Assembly: GCA_021809885.1 (NCBI GenBank)
Contig: JAJZJY010000001.1
Span: forward strand, 1 to 51,313
Length of the DNA stretch: 51,313 bases
Direction: 5' to 3'
Source of the DNA: Actinomycetes bacterium
GTDB taxonomy: Bacteria; Actinomycetota; Acidimicrobiia; Acidimicrobiales; Palsa-688
The notes under the pieces are model-generated. The model did no database searches and had not been told where the DNA came from. It saw only the letters and a program-made list of their open reading frames with translations. This document shows positions 1 to 11,479 of the stretch, piece after piece (the first letter of the stretch is position 1; every line of letters begins with the position of its first letter). A program made the translations under genes and the position numbers.

Positions 1-61
1 TCGCCGGCCGGGCGCCGCCCCGGTCCGTGCTCAACCCGCACGCCGCCTGCCGCCGGCCGCC

Positions 62-595
62 TCACCCGCCCTCCTCGCCAGCCGCCCGAGGAGTGCCTGC
101 GCCGGCGGTTCGGAGGAACTCGGCCACGAGGTCGTGGTCGCCGGGGCTCGCCGGGTCGGAGCGCCGCTGGCGGCCCCACCATGCAAACGCCGCCGCCAGG
201 CCACCGCCGGCGGCAAGGGCCACCAGGACCGGCACGAGCCACAGGAAGAGCCCGATGCCCGTCGCCCTCGGCTTCTCGAGGATGCCCGGTCCGTACACGG
301 ACTCGATGCCGGCGAGGATCGCTGCCGGCTTCTCCCCGGCCGCCAGCTCACGGTGGATGTCGTCGCGCAACGTCACCGCCGCCGGAGCCGACGAGTCGGC
401 CACGGTCTCGCCCACGCAGACGGGGCAGCGGACCTCGGAGGCGAGCGCCCGGGTCCTCTGCGCCAGGCTCGGGCGGGCCGTTGCGGGCTGGGCGCCGACA
501 GCCAGGGCGACGGCCGCCGCGACGACCAGGACCACCCACACCGCCCAGCGCCGGAGTCGGGACGCCGGCGGGCGGCTGGAGCAAGCGCTCCTCAC
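62..595 (-). CDS. ccmH: Cytochrome c-type biogenesis protein CcmH (System I)
   Basis: 177 aa. N-terminal TM, then a VRCPVC (CXXC) motif typical of CcmH/NrfF, then a second TM. The GTG start forms a GTGA overlap with the ccmG stop (592-595). Confidence 0.8.
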   Translation of the reverse strand: MRSACSSRPPASRLRRWAVWVVLVVAAAVALAVGAQPATARPSLAQRTRALASEVRCPVCVGETVADSSAPAAVTLRDDIHRELAAGEKPAAILAGIESVYGPGILEKPRATGIGLFLWLVPVLVALAAGGGLAAAFAWWGRQRRSDPASPGDHDLVAEFLRTAGAGTPRAAGEEGG

Positions 596-1157
596 GAGAC
601 CCCCGACGCGCCTGCAGTCCGGATGAAGGAGTCGAGGCCCGACGGGGAAACGCCCGATGGGTAGTAGCCGACGATGATGCCGTCCGGGTCGACGAGGAAC
701 ACGGTGGGGATGCCCGTGACACCGTAGGAGACCACCGCCTGCGGATCCTGCACCGCCGGCCAGTGGGCGCCGTGGGCCGACATGTAGCGTGCCAGCGCCG
801 GGCCGTCACTGGGGGACTCCGCGACGGTGATCAGCGCGGCGTGGTAGCGGGCGGCGCTGCGGGCGAAGGCCTGCAGCTTGGGCAGCTCCTGCTGGCACGG
901 CACGCACCAGCTGGCGGCGAAGTCCACCAGGACCCACCGGCCGGCGTAGTTGCGCAGCGACACCGGGCGGCCACCGCCGCCGAGGTTGCTGCCGGCGACG
1001 GCCGGCGCCGGCCGGCCGAGGAGCTGGGTCGTGTCCGGGGGTGGCCCGACGAAGGCGAAAGCGGTGACGAGAGCCGCCAGCACGCAGCCGGTGCCGGCGG
1101 CCACCCACAGCACCAGCCGGCGGCGTGCCGGGACGGCGGTGACGGTCGTAGGGGCGG

Positions 1158-1161
<4 letters not shown>
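592..1161 (-). CDS. ccmG: Thiol:disulfide oxidoreductase CcmG/DsbE (TlpA/ResA-like)
   Basis: C-terminal 189 aa of ORF 592..2883. One TM plus a thioredoxin fold with a WCVPC motif. GTG at 1161 gives a GTGA overlap with the ccmF stop at 1158. The start is inferred from that overlap. Confidence 0.8.
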
Positions 1162-3149
<1,988 letters not shown>

Positions 3150-3158
3150 GGCTTCCCC

Positions 3159-3722
3159 CTACCGCTTCGAGTGGCGAGGCAGCTGGGACCCGAGCCGACC
3201 CGGATGGGCGGCGGTGTAGCTCGCGCTGTGCTTGACCATGATCTGCTCGCTGGCGAACACCGCGCCCTGCCAGTGCCCGTCGAGCACGACCGGGATGCCC
3301 GGGCGGAACAGCTGCGGGGGCGACCCGGAGCTCACGACGGCCACGGTGACGCCAGCGGCGTAGATGTCGAAGCGGATGGTCGGCGGGGTCTGGCGGACGT
3401 CGTGCTCGACGGTTCCCTCGATGCGGAACGGCCTGGCACCGAGCTGCGCCCGACGGGCGACGGCCTGCTTGGTGGTGAGGAAGTACTGGGTGGCGTTCGT
3501 GAGGCCCTGGAAGGCGAGGAAGCCGACGGCGCCGAGGACGACGCAGGCGGCGACGGCCTGCCTGCGGCGGCTACCGAGCCAGTCGCGCTGGCGGGGGCGG
3601 GGGATGGCAGCCGCCTGGAGGAGAGCCCGGGCGGCGGCGACGTCCGGCGAGCCTGGTGTGAGCGCGTCGCCGGATTCGGGATCGTCGTCCCACCGGCGCG
3701 CCGGCGGCGCCGGCGCCGTCAT
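3159..3722 (-). CDS. ccmE: Heme chaperone CcmE
   Basis: TM anchor plus an OB-like domain ending in KHSASY (HxxxY heme-binding motif). ATG 3722 makes an ATGA overlap with the ccmD stop. There is a ~55 aa Pro/Ala-rich N-terminal extension before the TM. Confidence 0.85.
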   Translation of the reverse strand: MTAPAPPARRWDDDPESGDALTPGSPDVAAARALLQAAAIPRPRQRDWLGSRRRQAVAACVVLGAVGFLAFQGLTNATQYFLTTKQAVARRAQLGARPFRIEGTVEHDVRQTPPTIRFDIYAAGVTVAVVSSGSPPQLFRPGIPVVLDGHWQGAVFASEQIMVKHSASYTAAHPGRLGSQLPRHSKR

Positions 3723-3904
3723 CCCGGCTCCTGGGTCGCCGGCGGATCCGGTGGTGCCGGCGGCTCCTCCGGCGCCGGCGTCGGCAGGTAACGAGCGAGG
3801 ACACGGGCACGCCGGCGGAGGTACAGCACGTAGCCGCCCAGCAGGGCGACGGTGGCGCCGTAGCCGCCCGCCACGTAGTCCCACCCGCCTGTGGCGGCGC
3901 TCAC
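3719..3904 (-). CDS. ccmD: Heme exporter protein D (CcmD-like small membrane protein)
   Basis: 61 aa. Single TM (WDYVAGGYGATVALLGGYVLYL) followed by RRRAR. Lies between ccmC and ccmE, with GTGA overlap to the ccmC stop and ATGA overlap to the ccmE start. Called by size, position and topology only. Confidence 0.55.
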   Translation of the reverse strand: MSAATGGWDYVAGGYGATVALLGGYVLYLRRRARVLARYLPTPAPEEPPAPPDPPATQEPG

Positions 3905-4752
3905 CGGCCCTCCCCCGGGGGGATCGCGCTGCGCATCGTGGGTGCCGCAGGCCCGCCGGCCAGTCCCGGGCCGGGCAGGGGACGCCCGGGGCCGGTAGCC
4001 GGCGCCTGGGCCACCCCCTCGGCGCGGCGCTCGGCGACGGCCCAGACGTAGCCCTCCTCCTCGATGCGGTCCTCGAGGGCTTCGATGCCGAGCCGGTGCA
4101 GCAGCATCCAGGTGAACAGCAGTCCGAACACGGCGAACGACAGCAGCATCGTCGTCAGCTGCCAGCCGTGGATCAGCGGCGACTTCCCGATGCGGAAGAG
4201 GGTGTCTTTCTGGTGCAGGGTGACCCACCAGTTCGTCGCCTCGTGGTCGACTGGGACCACGAGGAAGCAGCAGAGGGCCGCCACAGCGCAGCGCTTCGCG
4301 CGGCCGACGGGGTCGCCGCCGGTCCGCCGGAGGGCGAGGTAGCCGAGGAACACGGCGAGCAGCAGGGCGGTGAGCGTGAGGCGGGCGTCCCACGTCCACC
4401 AGACGCCCCAGGAGTACCGGCCCCAGATCGAGCCGGAGACGATGGTCGTGACGCAGAACGCCACCCCCACCTCGGCCGACGCGCCGGCGAAGCGGTCCCA
4501 GCGCAGGCTGCGGGTGCGGGGCCAGAGGTAGGCGAGGCTGCCCAGGGCGCACAGGCCGAAGCCGACGTAGGCCATGGTGGCGCTGGCCGGGTGGACGTAG
4601 ATGAGGCGGACGGTCTCGCCCTGCACCGTGTCGGGCGGCGACACGACCAGGCCGAGCACGAGCAAGACCCCGAGGCCGACGAGGGTGAGACCGCCGACGA
4701 CAAGGGTCGCATGGTTGGACGTCGGCCGTGCCGACAGTGACTTGTAGTTCAT
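3901..4752 (-). CDS. ccmC: Heme exporter protein CcmC
   Basis: Multi-TM protein with the Trp-rich WGVWWTWDARL motif. ATG 4752 (MNYKSL...) forms an ATGA overlap with the ccmB stop. The longer ORF 3901..5016 is an N-terminal over-extension. Confidence 0.9.
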   Translation of the reverse strand: MNYKSLSARPTSNHATLVVGGLTLVGLGVLLVLGLVVSPPDTVQGETVRLIYVHPASATMAYVGFGLCALGSLAYLWPRTRSLRWDRFAGASAEVGVAFCVTTIVSGSIWGRYSWGVWWTWDARLTLTALLLAVFLGYLALRRTGGDPVGRAKRCAVAALCCFLVVPVDHEATNWWVTLHQKDTLFRIGKSPLIHGWQLTTMLLSFAVFGLLFTWMLLHRLGIEALEDRIEEEGYVWAVAERRAEGVAQAPATGPGRPLPGPGLAGGPAAPTMRSAIPPGEGR

Positions 4753-5471
4753 GCTTCCTCCAGGAGAGTGCCGAAACCGAGTACCCCGAGAGCCACGTAG
4801 ATCGCAGCGAACGCGGCGAGCAGCGTCAGCCATCGCCACCCGCCACCGCTGGACAGGCCGACGGCCGCCAGCCAGGCCTGCGTCGCGCCCAGGAGCACGG
4901 GAGCCACGACAGGGAGCAGCAACAGCGGCAGCAGGGTCTCGCGGACTCGCAGCCCCGCCGCCATGACGCCGTACACCGTGCCGGCCGCCGCCAGCCCGAC
5001 GGTGGCGAGCACGCACGTCGCGCCGAGCAGCAGAGGGTGGCCGAGTCGCGCCCCGAAGAGGACCACGATCCCGCCGGCCAGGACGGCCTCTAGCACGGCC
5101 AGCTGGGCGGCGACAGCCAGCGCCTTGCCGAGGAAGATGCCAGCGGCGTCGAGCCCCGACATCCGCAGGCCGTCCCGGGCACCGTCTGCCGCTTCCAGCC
5201 CGAAGCTGCGCTGGATTGCGAGCAGGGCGCAGAGGAGGACCGCCACCCAGAACAGGCCCGGTGCGGCATGGGTGAGGATGTACGGGTCCTGGTCGAAGGC
5301 GAAGCCGAAGAGCAGGAGCACGATCAGGGCGTAGGGGGCGACCTGGTTGGTGGTCACCCGCGAGCGCAGCTCGACGCGGAGGTCCTTGCCGGCGACGAGC
5401 ACGGCGTCACGCCACACGCCCGGCCTCCACAGCAGGTATGGGTGACGCCCCCCGCCCTGGCCCCACGCCAC
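4749..5471 (-). CDS. ccmB: Heme exporter permease CcmB
   Basis: Hydrophobic ~6-TM protein directly after the ABC ATPase. The start is ambiguous: GTG 5471 or in-frame GTG 5417. Both overlap the ccmA 3' end. Confidence 0.85.
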   Translation of the reverse strand: MAWGQGGGRHPYLLWRPGVWRDAVLVAGKDLRVELRSRVTTNQVAPYALIVLLLFGFAFDQDPYILTHAAPGLFWVAVLLCALLAIQRSFGLEAADGARDGLRMSGLDAAGIFLGKALAVAAQLAVLEAVLAGGIVVLFGARLGHPLLLGATCVLATVGLAAAGTVYGVMAAGLRVRETLLPLLLLPVVAPVLLGATQAWLAAVGLSSGGGWRWLTLLAAFAAIYVALGVLGFGTLLEEA

Positions 5472-6123
5472 CGATCGGGCCGGCGGGCGCTACAGCCACT
5501 CCCCCGGCGACCTCCACGATCCGGCCGGCGATGGCGTGGGCGCGGTGGCGCTCGTGGGAAGCGAGCACGACGGTCCGGCCCCGGGCGGTGGCGTCGAGCA
5601 CGAGGGCGTCCATGAGGTCACGATGCTCGGCGTCGAGGCCGGCGTGGGGCTCGTCGAGCAGCCACAGCTCCGGGTCGCGTGCGACGAGCACTGCGAGAGC
5701 GACGCGTCGTCGCTGCCCGGCCGACAGAGCAGCGAGAGGAGTCGAGGGCAGGCGCCCGAGCAGACCCAGACGCTCGAGGGCCGGCGCCACCCGGCGCCGA
5801 TCGCCTCCTGCAGCCCGCACTGCGAACGTCAGGTTGTCGGCCACGGAGAGGTCGTCGTAGAGGGCGGACGCGTGACCGAGGAGGCCGACGCGCCGTCGCA
5901 CCGGCCGGGGGTCGGCGGTGAGGTCCACCCCGAGGACGACGGCCTCCCCGGCCGCCACCCGCAGCAGGCCGGCACAGGCCCGGAGGATGCTGGTCTTGCC
6001 GGCGCCGTTCGCACCCTGCAACAGGACGATCTCCGACGGCCAGACGTCGAGGTCGACGCCGGCCAGCACGGGGAACCGACCTGCCAGGGCCACGGCCGAT
6101 CGGAGGCGGATCACCGGGTCCAT
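5407..6123 (-). CDS. ccmA: Heme exporter ATP-binding protein CcmA
   Basis: ABC ATPase with Walker A GANGAGKTS, signature LSAGQRRR and Walker B LWLLDEP. ATG 6123 (MDPVIRL) is preferred over the ORF-track start at 6201. Confidence 0.85.
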   Translation of the reverse strand: MDPVIRLRSAVALAGRFPVLAGVDLDVWPSEIVLLQGANGAGKTSILRACAGLLRVAAGEAVVLGVDLTADPRPVRRRVGLLGHASALYDDLSVADNLTFAVRAAGGDRRRVAPALERLGLLGRLPSTPLAALSAGQRRRVALAVLVARDPELWLLDEPHAGLDAEHRDLMDALVLDATARGRTVVLASHERHRAHAIAGRIVEVAGGVAVAPAGPIGGVGPGRGASPIPAVEAGRVA

Positions 6124-6356
6124 GGCTACGTGACAACGGTAGCCAGAGAGGCACGTCCAGTACCAAGCGGACCGCATCACGGCGGTGACCTCATCGAACA
6201 TCAGCGATTCCCAGGTACGACCAACGTATGACCGCTACAACCCTCCTTCCGCAGGCTGCATCAGTAAAGCTCGACCTGAGGCTGACACATCAGGCCAGCG
6301 AGCCTACGTCAATCGACTTGCTTGACAAAGTTCTAACCGGTCGTCGAGACTTGGCC

Positions 6357-7916
6357 ATGGGCTTGCGCGTCCGCTTGGTCGAGCCCCGCCCGGCCGGCCA
6401 CAACGTCTACGACCTGGCTCATCTGCCGCGCCTGGGGCTGCCGCTCATGGCCAGGATGCTTGCAGACGGCGGCCACGACGCTCGGGTCTTCTGCGAGGTG
6501 CTCTCGCCGGTAGACCTGGGCGAGTGCCTCGGCGCCGACTTGGTGGGCATTTCTTCCACCACCGCCACCGCGCCTGCCGCCTACTGCCTCGCCGACCTGC
6601 TCGGCGCGGCGGGGGTGGCAGTGGTGCTGGGCGGCCCCCACGTCAGCTTCCGGGTCGACGAGGCGCTCGCACATGCCCCCTACGTGGTGAGGGGCGAGGG
6701 AGAGCAGACCATGCTCGCCCTGGCAGGCGCGCTCGACACCGGCCGTGGCCCAGAGGAGATCCGGGGCCTGTCGTTTTGCTCGGAGCGGGGTGCGCCCTGC
6801 CACAACCCTCCCCGCCGGCGCTGCTCCCAGGCCGAGTTCGAAGCTCTGCCCTGCCCCGACTTGAGCCTGATCGAAGGTCATCACCTCATGGGGACCAAGC
6901 CCATCATGACCCAGTGGGGATGCCCCTTCGACTGCGAGTTCTGCTCGGTGACCGCCACCTTCTCCCGAGCGGTGCGCCACCGCAGGCCCGACCAGGTCCT
7001 AGCGGAGTTGGCCTTCCTCGACACGAAGCGGGTCTTCTTCTACGACGACAACTTCGTGGTGAACAAGGCGCGCACCACCCGGCTGCTCCAAGGGATGCTC
7101 GATACCGGCTTGACGCCCACCTGGTTCGCCCAGCTGCGCGCCGACGCCGCTCTGACCTCGCGAGCACGCCCCGAGGTCGACCACGACTTCTTGGCCCTCA
7201 TGCGCCGCTCGGGTGCTGCGATGGTCATGGTCGGGGTCGAGGCGACCACCGACGAGGCTCTCGCGGCTATGGGCAAGCGCCAGAGCGTCTCGACAGTCGA
7301 GACGGCGGTACGTGGGTTCCACGACCACGACATAGCGGTGCACGGCATGTTCGTGGCCGGGCTCGACACCGACTCCCCCGGTAGCGCCCGTGCCACCGCC
7401 GACTTCGCCCGTCGCTTGGGCATCGACACCTTCCAGCTGATGATGGAGACCCCGCTTCCGGGCACCAGGCTCTTCGAGCGGGTGAGCGCCGCAGGGCGCA
7501 TACTGAGCGAGGACTGGTCCCTCTTCGACGGCCACCACGCGGTGATGGCCCCGGCGCGAATGAGCGCTCTCGAGCTCCAACTGGAGGTGCTCCAGGCAAT
7601 GAAGCAGTTCTATTCCTGGTCGAGCATCGTCTCCTCGGGCCTGGCAGGCGCGCTCGGTCGCCTTCCCCACCTCCCCGGCGCGCCTCGACCTGCCGCCTCC
7701 CGTCACCTGCCCGCCCTCGCCCGGGCTGCCTGGGCTCGCCACTGGGAGGACATCGTCCCCCTCCTCTCCACCGCCCTGCCCCGCGGGGCGCGCGCTCGGG
7801 TGGGCTCGGCCCTGTGGCTGCCGGCCCTACGCCTCTACGCCCGCCGCCAGCTGGCCGCCTGGTGTCGCCAAGACCGCTCCCGGGCACACCTGGACTGGCT
7901 CGCCTCCCTGGCTTGA
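6357..7916 (+). CDS. B12-binding-domain radical SAM protein (class B rSAM), substrate unknown
   Basis: N-terminal Rossmann-like B12-binding region (LVGISSTTATAP...VVLGGPH), then a CPFDCEFCS (CxxxCxxC) radical SAM cluster motif. ATG 6357 (MGLRVRLVEP) is preferred; ATG 6228 is also possible. Confidence 0.8.
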   Translation: MGLRVRLVEPRPAGHNVYDLAHLPRLGLPLMARMLADGGHDARVFCEVLSPVDLGECLGADLVGISSTTATAPAAYCLADLLGAAGVAVVLGGPHVSFRVDEALAHAPYVVRGEGEQTMLALAGALDTGRGPEEIRGLSFCSERGAPCHNPPRRRCSQAEFEALPCPDLSLIEGHHLMGTKPIMTQWGCPFDCEFCSVTATFSRAVRHRRPDQVLAELAFLDTKRVFFYDDNFVVNKARTTRLLQGMLDTGLTPTWFAQLRADAALTSRARPEVDHDFLALMRRSGAAMVMVGVEATTDEALAAMGKRQSVSTVETAVRGFHDHDIAVHGMFVAGLDTDSPGSARATADFARRLGIDTFQLMMETPLPGTRLFERVSAAGRILSEDWSLFDGHHAVMAPARMSALELQLEVLQAMKQFYSWSSIVSSGLAGALGRLPHLPGAPRPAASRHLPALARAAWARHWEDIVPLLSTALPRGARARVGSALWLPALRLYARRQLAAWCRQDRSRAHLDWLASLA

Positions 7917-8040
7917 TCCCCTCGCAGGACTTTCCCGCGCATGCGCCTACCTCGCCGCTCTGCCCCATCACAGGAACAGGATGACAACACCTCAGGAAGC
8001 ACGACTTGGCCGTCGTCGCCGGCTGAGGCGGTGGGTGCGA

Positions 8041-11000
8041 TCACCCGGCCCGCTGCGCCCTCCAGGCCGAGCGCGTTCCCGGCCTGGTCCTGCCGGTCGC
8101 CTCGAGGAGGGCTTGGGGGGCTCCGGGCCCGGCGAGCCCGGCCTTTGTGATCGCCTCTGGGCCGGCTATGACCACTAGGTCATCGGGGAGCCACTCGCGA
8201 TCTGCCATGAGCCCGGCGTCGAGATCGTCGCCGGTGAGCGGCGAGACCACGAGCGGCTGGCCGGGGCCGAGGCGATGGGCCCAGGTGCCATCGAAGCGTC
8301 GTGGCCACGCCCTCGTGACCACCGGGACCCCGGCGCTGTTGGCGACGCCGACAAGGCGGCGACCCTCGGCGTCGGCTGCGTCTCCCCGGCCGAAGGGGGC
8401 TGCGACGACGACACCTTGGTGCTCGCGCTCGTCGAGGACCTTGCCGCTCCAGCGCGCTGTCAGCACCGAACGGTTCCTCGTCGTCTCACGGAAGCGCTCG
8501 GTGCCAGACACCGACTCTTGGTGGACCAGGACGCTCGCCGGCTCGTAGCGCACCGACCAGCCGGCCTGCCCGAGCTTCAGGCACAGGTCGACGTCCTCGT
8601 TCCCATTCCAGTAGCTCTCGTCGAAGCCGCCGACCGCCTCGAACGCGCTGCGGCGCACCGCCACGACTGCGGCCGTCACCGCTCGCAGCTCCGACGGCCG
8701 GTTGGCGGCTGGATGGTCGGCGGGCTGGCGGTAGAGAAGATGGAACCCGTCGAGCCATCCTTCACCGTCTGCGTCGTAAAGAAGACCGACACCCGCGTGT
8801 TGGATGGTTCCGTCCGGGAAGAGGAGTTTCGATCCGACCATCGCCACGCGTGGGTCAGCGATGGCGCCGAGGAGCGGCTGTAGCCAGCCCTGTTTCGCCA
8901 CCACGTCGTTGTTGCAGAACACAACGACGTCGGAGGTTGCCACACTCGCCCCCTGGTTGCAGGCGACCGCGAAACCGCGGTTGGTGTCGTTGCGCACCAC
9001 GGTCACGCCCGCGGATGGGTTGTCGGTGACGTTGCTGGTCGCGTCGGTCGATCCGTTGTCGACCAGCACGACCTCGTAGGTTCCATCCGCGAGAGTCGCC
9101 TGGATGCTCTGTAGGCACCGCAGCGTCCAGGGCGCCCGGTTCCAGCAGGGGATGACGATGGTGGCGGCTCTACGCCGGTTGCGCACCGCAGAAACGACAG
9201 TAGCGGCCGCAGGGGGCTTGCGGATGGAGGCTGCGTGGCCCGGGGCGAGGCTCTCGACGATCTGGGCGGCGCCGGCGATGTCGGCGTCCGCGAGGCGCGA
9301 GAGGATCGCGCTCAGCAGCGTTCCTGCCGCCTCGTCGGCGAAGGCCCCTACCGCCGCTGCCGCGGCCATCACCCGATCCAGCGTCGGGCGTTCGTCGTCG
9401 GAGGCGATGACGAGCAGCGGGCAGGGTCCGAGACCGCGCTGGCGAAGCCTTCCCGCCCACACGATCGCGTTGGCCGGGTTCGCTCGAGCCGACACCAGCC
9501 CGACCGCCGCGAGCACCTCGGTGTCGTCGGGAGAGCTGCCCCACATGCCTTCGAGGACCGCCAGGCTGTCGTCGGCGTCGATCTGGAGGAGCTGCGCCAG
9601 GTAGGCTCTCGTCTGTCCGGCTGGTATGGCCCGGCCGATCTCGACGAGAGCCACGCCTCCGACCTTGCAGTCGTGCACGACGGCACCGAGGTGCTCGTGC
9701 GAGACTCCTTCGTCGCGGATCGTGTCGATGACGACCTTCGCCGACTGCGCTGCGTCGCCGAGGAAGCGGTGGCAGGAGGCCACCATGTGCGCGATCTCCG
9801 AGCGTTGATGCAAGAAGCGGTCCTCGTCCAAGCCGGGCAGCTCCAGGCGGGAGAAGAGTGCCAGCGCCTCCGCGTAGAGCCTGGCGGCATAGGCCAGCTG
9901 GGCGGTGAGGATGTCTGCGAGCAGGGGGTTCGCTGACCGCCGTCGGAGCTTGGCGATCAGCTCGGCCGACTTGTCGAGGTCGCTCGCTGACATCGCGGCG
10001 AGGGCCCCCACATGAAGCCCCATCCGCGCCGTCGTCGGCTCCGGGCTGTCGGCGGCCGCCTCGAGATGACCTATGGCCTCTCTGGCACTTCCGGTGGCGA
10101 GCAGCGAGCGCCCGACATCCAGTTCGGCTCGCCCCAACGCCACCGGCCCATCGGCCTCGCTGAGGGCTGTTCGGGTCAGCGAGAGGTTGCGCTCGAGCTT
10201 GCCCTTCCCGGCGACGATCTTGTCCTCGTAGCCGTGGTGGAGGATCGTCGCCCCGTTGAGAAGTGGCGCCACGACTCCGGCGCCGTCGGGGCGGACGACC
10301 TGCTCGTGGACCCTGCCCTCCCAGCGAAGATCGCTGCGAAACAGCCGGACCGCCGGGTGGTTGGTTCTCGACTCGACGCCGTGTCCCATGACGTTGCTGA
10401 CTGTGACCAGCACCGCGTCGGCCGGGGGGTCGTCACTCAGGTACCTCCTGATGGCGGCCGAGTCTCCGGTCCACTCCTCGTCTGCGTCGATCCAGAGGAT
10501 CCATCGTCCACGGCAGTGCTCCGCCACGGAGTTGCGCGCCTTAGCGAAATGCTCGTCCCAGCCTATGTCGAGCACCTTCGCTCCGAATCCCGCAGCGACC
10601 TCGGCGGTGCGGTCGGTCGACCCGGTGTCTCCAACGACGATCTCGTCGACGAGGTGCTCGATCGACGCCAGGGCGGTTCCTAGGGTCTGCTCCTCGTCGC
10701 GTACGATGAGGCAGGCCGAGATGAGCGGAGCGCCCGATTCGGAGCGCGGGCCGAGACCGAGGAAGCGGCGACGGTTCGCGGTTTCCACCGCGCGCCAATC
10801 AAGGTTGTTGGCGTCGAAGCTGACGTGGCCCTCGTGATGCACGTAGGAGCCGTCCGCGATCACCAGGCAGCCGCCGGCGTCTCGCAGGCGTCGGCAGAGA
10901 TCGTCGTCTTCGTAGCCGCCGATCTCGTAGCCCTCGTCGAAGCCTCCGATCGCGTCGAAGGCGTGGCGGCGAACAGCGAGACAGAAGCCGACCAGGCGCT

Positions 11001-11475
11001 CCGCCGGCCTCGACGCTTTGGAGTTGGCCTCTCGCCAGGCGCGCTCGAAGGCGCGCAGCTCCGACTTCTTGGTATAGGCCGCAGTTGGGACGAGCTGTGG
11101 CCCGGAGACGAAGTTCGAGCGGGGCCCGGCTGCTACGACGGCGGGATCGGAGAAGGGCGCGAGCAGCTCGGTGAGCCACCTTCCGACCGGGACGGTGTCG
11201 CTGTTCAGAAAGACGATGATCTCGCCTGCGGATGCCGCTGCTCCCTGGTTGCAGCCAGCGGCAAAGCCGGCGTTGTCGGCGTTGGTGACGACGTCGACCC
11301 ACGGGAACGTCTTCAAGCCACCGGAGGTGCGGTCGGTCGAGCCGTTGTCCACGACGATGGCCTTGTCGTGCGGGCCCATCGTCGGGCGAAGCGCTTCGAG
11401 GCAGGCTCGGGTGTGCTCCCACGCGTTCCACGCCGGGATGACGATCGACGCGGACAGGCGTTGCGCTTGGGCCAA
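8041..11475 (-). CDS. Giant multidomain glycosyltransferase: GT2 - GT2 - helical/TPR-like - GT2 - C-terminal domain
   Basis: Three separate GT2 signatures: IVIPAWN...VVDNGSTDRT...FLNSDT, CLIVRDEE...VGDTGSTDRT...WIDADEE, and VIPCWN...LVDNGSTDAT...FCNNDV...NEDVDLC. TTG 11475 is preceded by AAAGAGG and lies 4 nt after the csrA stop. The ORF-track start at 11616 would overlap all of csrA. Confidence 0.8.
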   Translation of the reverse strand: MAQAQRLSASIVIPAWNAWEHTRACLEALRPTMGPHDKAIVVDNGSTDRTSGGLKTFPWVDVVTNADNAGFAAGCNQGAAASAGEIIVFLNSDTVPVGRWLTELLAPFSDPAVVAAGPRSNFVSGPQLVPTAAYTKKSELRAFERAWREANSKASRPAERLVGFCLAVRRHAFDAIGGFDEGYEIGGYEDDDLCRRLRDAGGCLVIADGSYVHHEGHVSFDANNLDWRAVETANRRRFLGLGPRSESGAPLISACLIVRDEEQTLGTALASIEHLVDEIVVGDTGSTDRTAEVAAGFGAKVLDIGWDEHFAKARNSVAEHCRGRWILWIDADEEWTGDSAAIRRYLSDDPPADAVLVTVSNVMGHGVESRTNHPAVRLFRSDLRWEGRVHEQVVRPDGAGVVAPLLNGATILHHGYEDKIVAGKGKLERNLSLTRTALSEADGPVALGRAELDVGRSLLATGSAREAIGHLEAAADSPEPTTARMGLHVGALAAMSASDLDKSAELIAKLRRRSANPLLADILTAQLAYAARLYAEALALFSRLELPGLDEDRFLHQRSEIAHMVASCHRFLGDAAQSAKVVIDTIRDEGVSHEHLGAVVHDCKVGGVALVEIGRAIPAGQTRAYLAQLLQIDADDSLAVLEGMWGSSPDDTEVLAAVGLVSARANPANAIVWAGRLRQRGLGPCPLLVIASDDERPTLDRVMAAAAAVGAFADEAAGTLLSAILSRLADADIAGAAQIVESLAPGHAASIRKPPAAATVVSAVRNRRRAATIVIPCWNRAPWTLRCLQSIQATLADGTYEVVLVDNGSTDATSNVTDNPSAGVTVVRNDTNRGFAVACNQGASVATSDVVVFCNNDVVAKQGWLQPLLGAIADPRVAMVGSKLLFPDGTIQHAGVGLLYDADGEGWLDGFHLLYRQPADHPAANRPSELRAVTAAVVAVRRSAFEAVGGFDESYWNGNEDVDLCLKLGQAGWSVRYEPASVLVHQESVSGTERFRETTRNRSVLTARWSGKVLDEREHQGVVVAAPFGRGDAADAEGRRLVGVANSAGVPVVTRAWPRRFDGTWAHRLGPGQPLVVSPLTGDDLDAGLMADREWLPDDLVVIAGPEAITKAGLAGPGAPQALLEATGRTRPGTRSAWRAQRAG

Positions 11476-11479
11476 CCGT

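Noticed and set aside
6124-6356. The AT-richer divergent region between ccmA and the radical SAM gene was considered as a cobalamin riboswitch or a clean sigma-70 promoter (TTGACA at ~6323).
   Set aside because: No B12-box-like sequence is recognisable. The TTGACA has no suitably spaced -10 and may lie inside the coding region if ATG 6228 is the true start.
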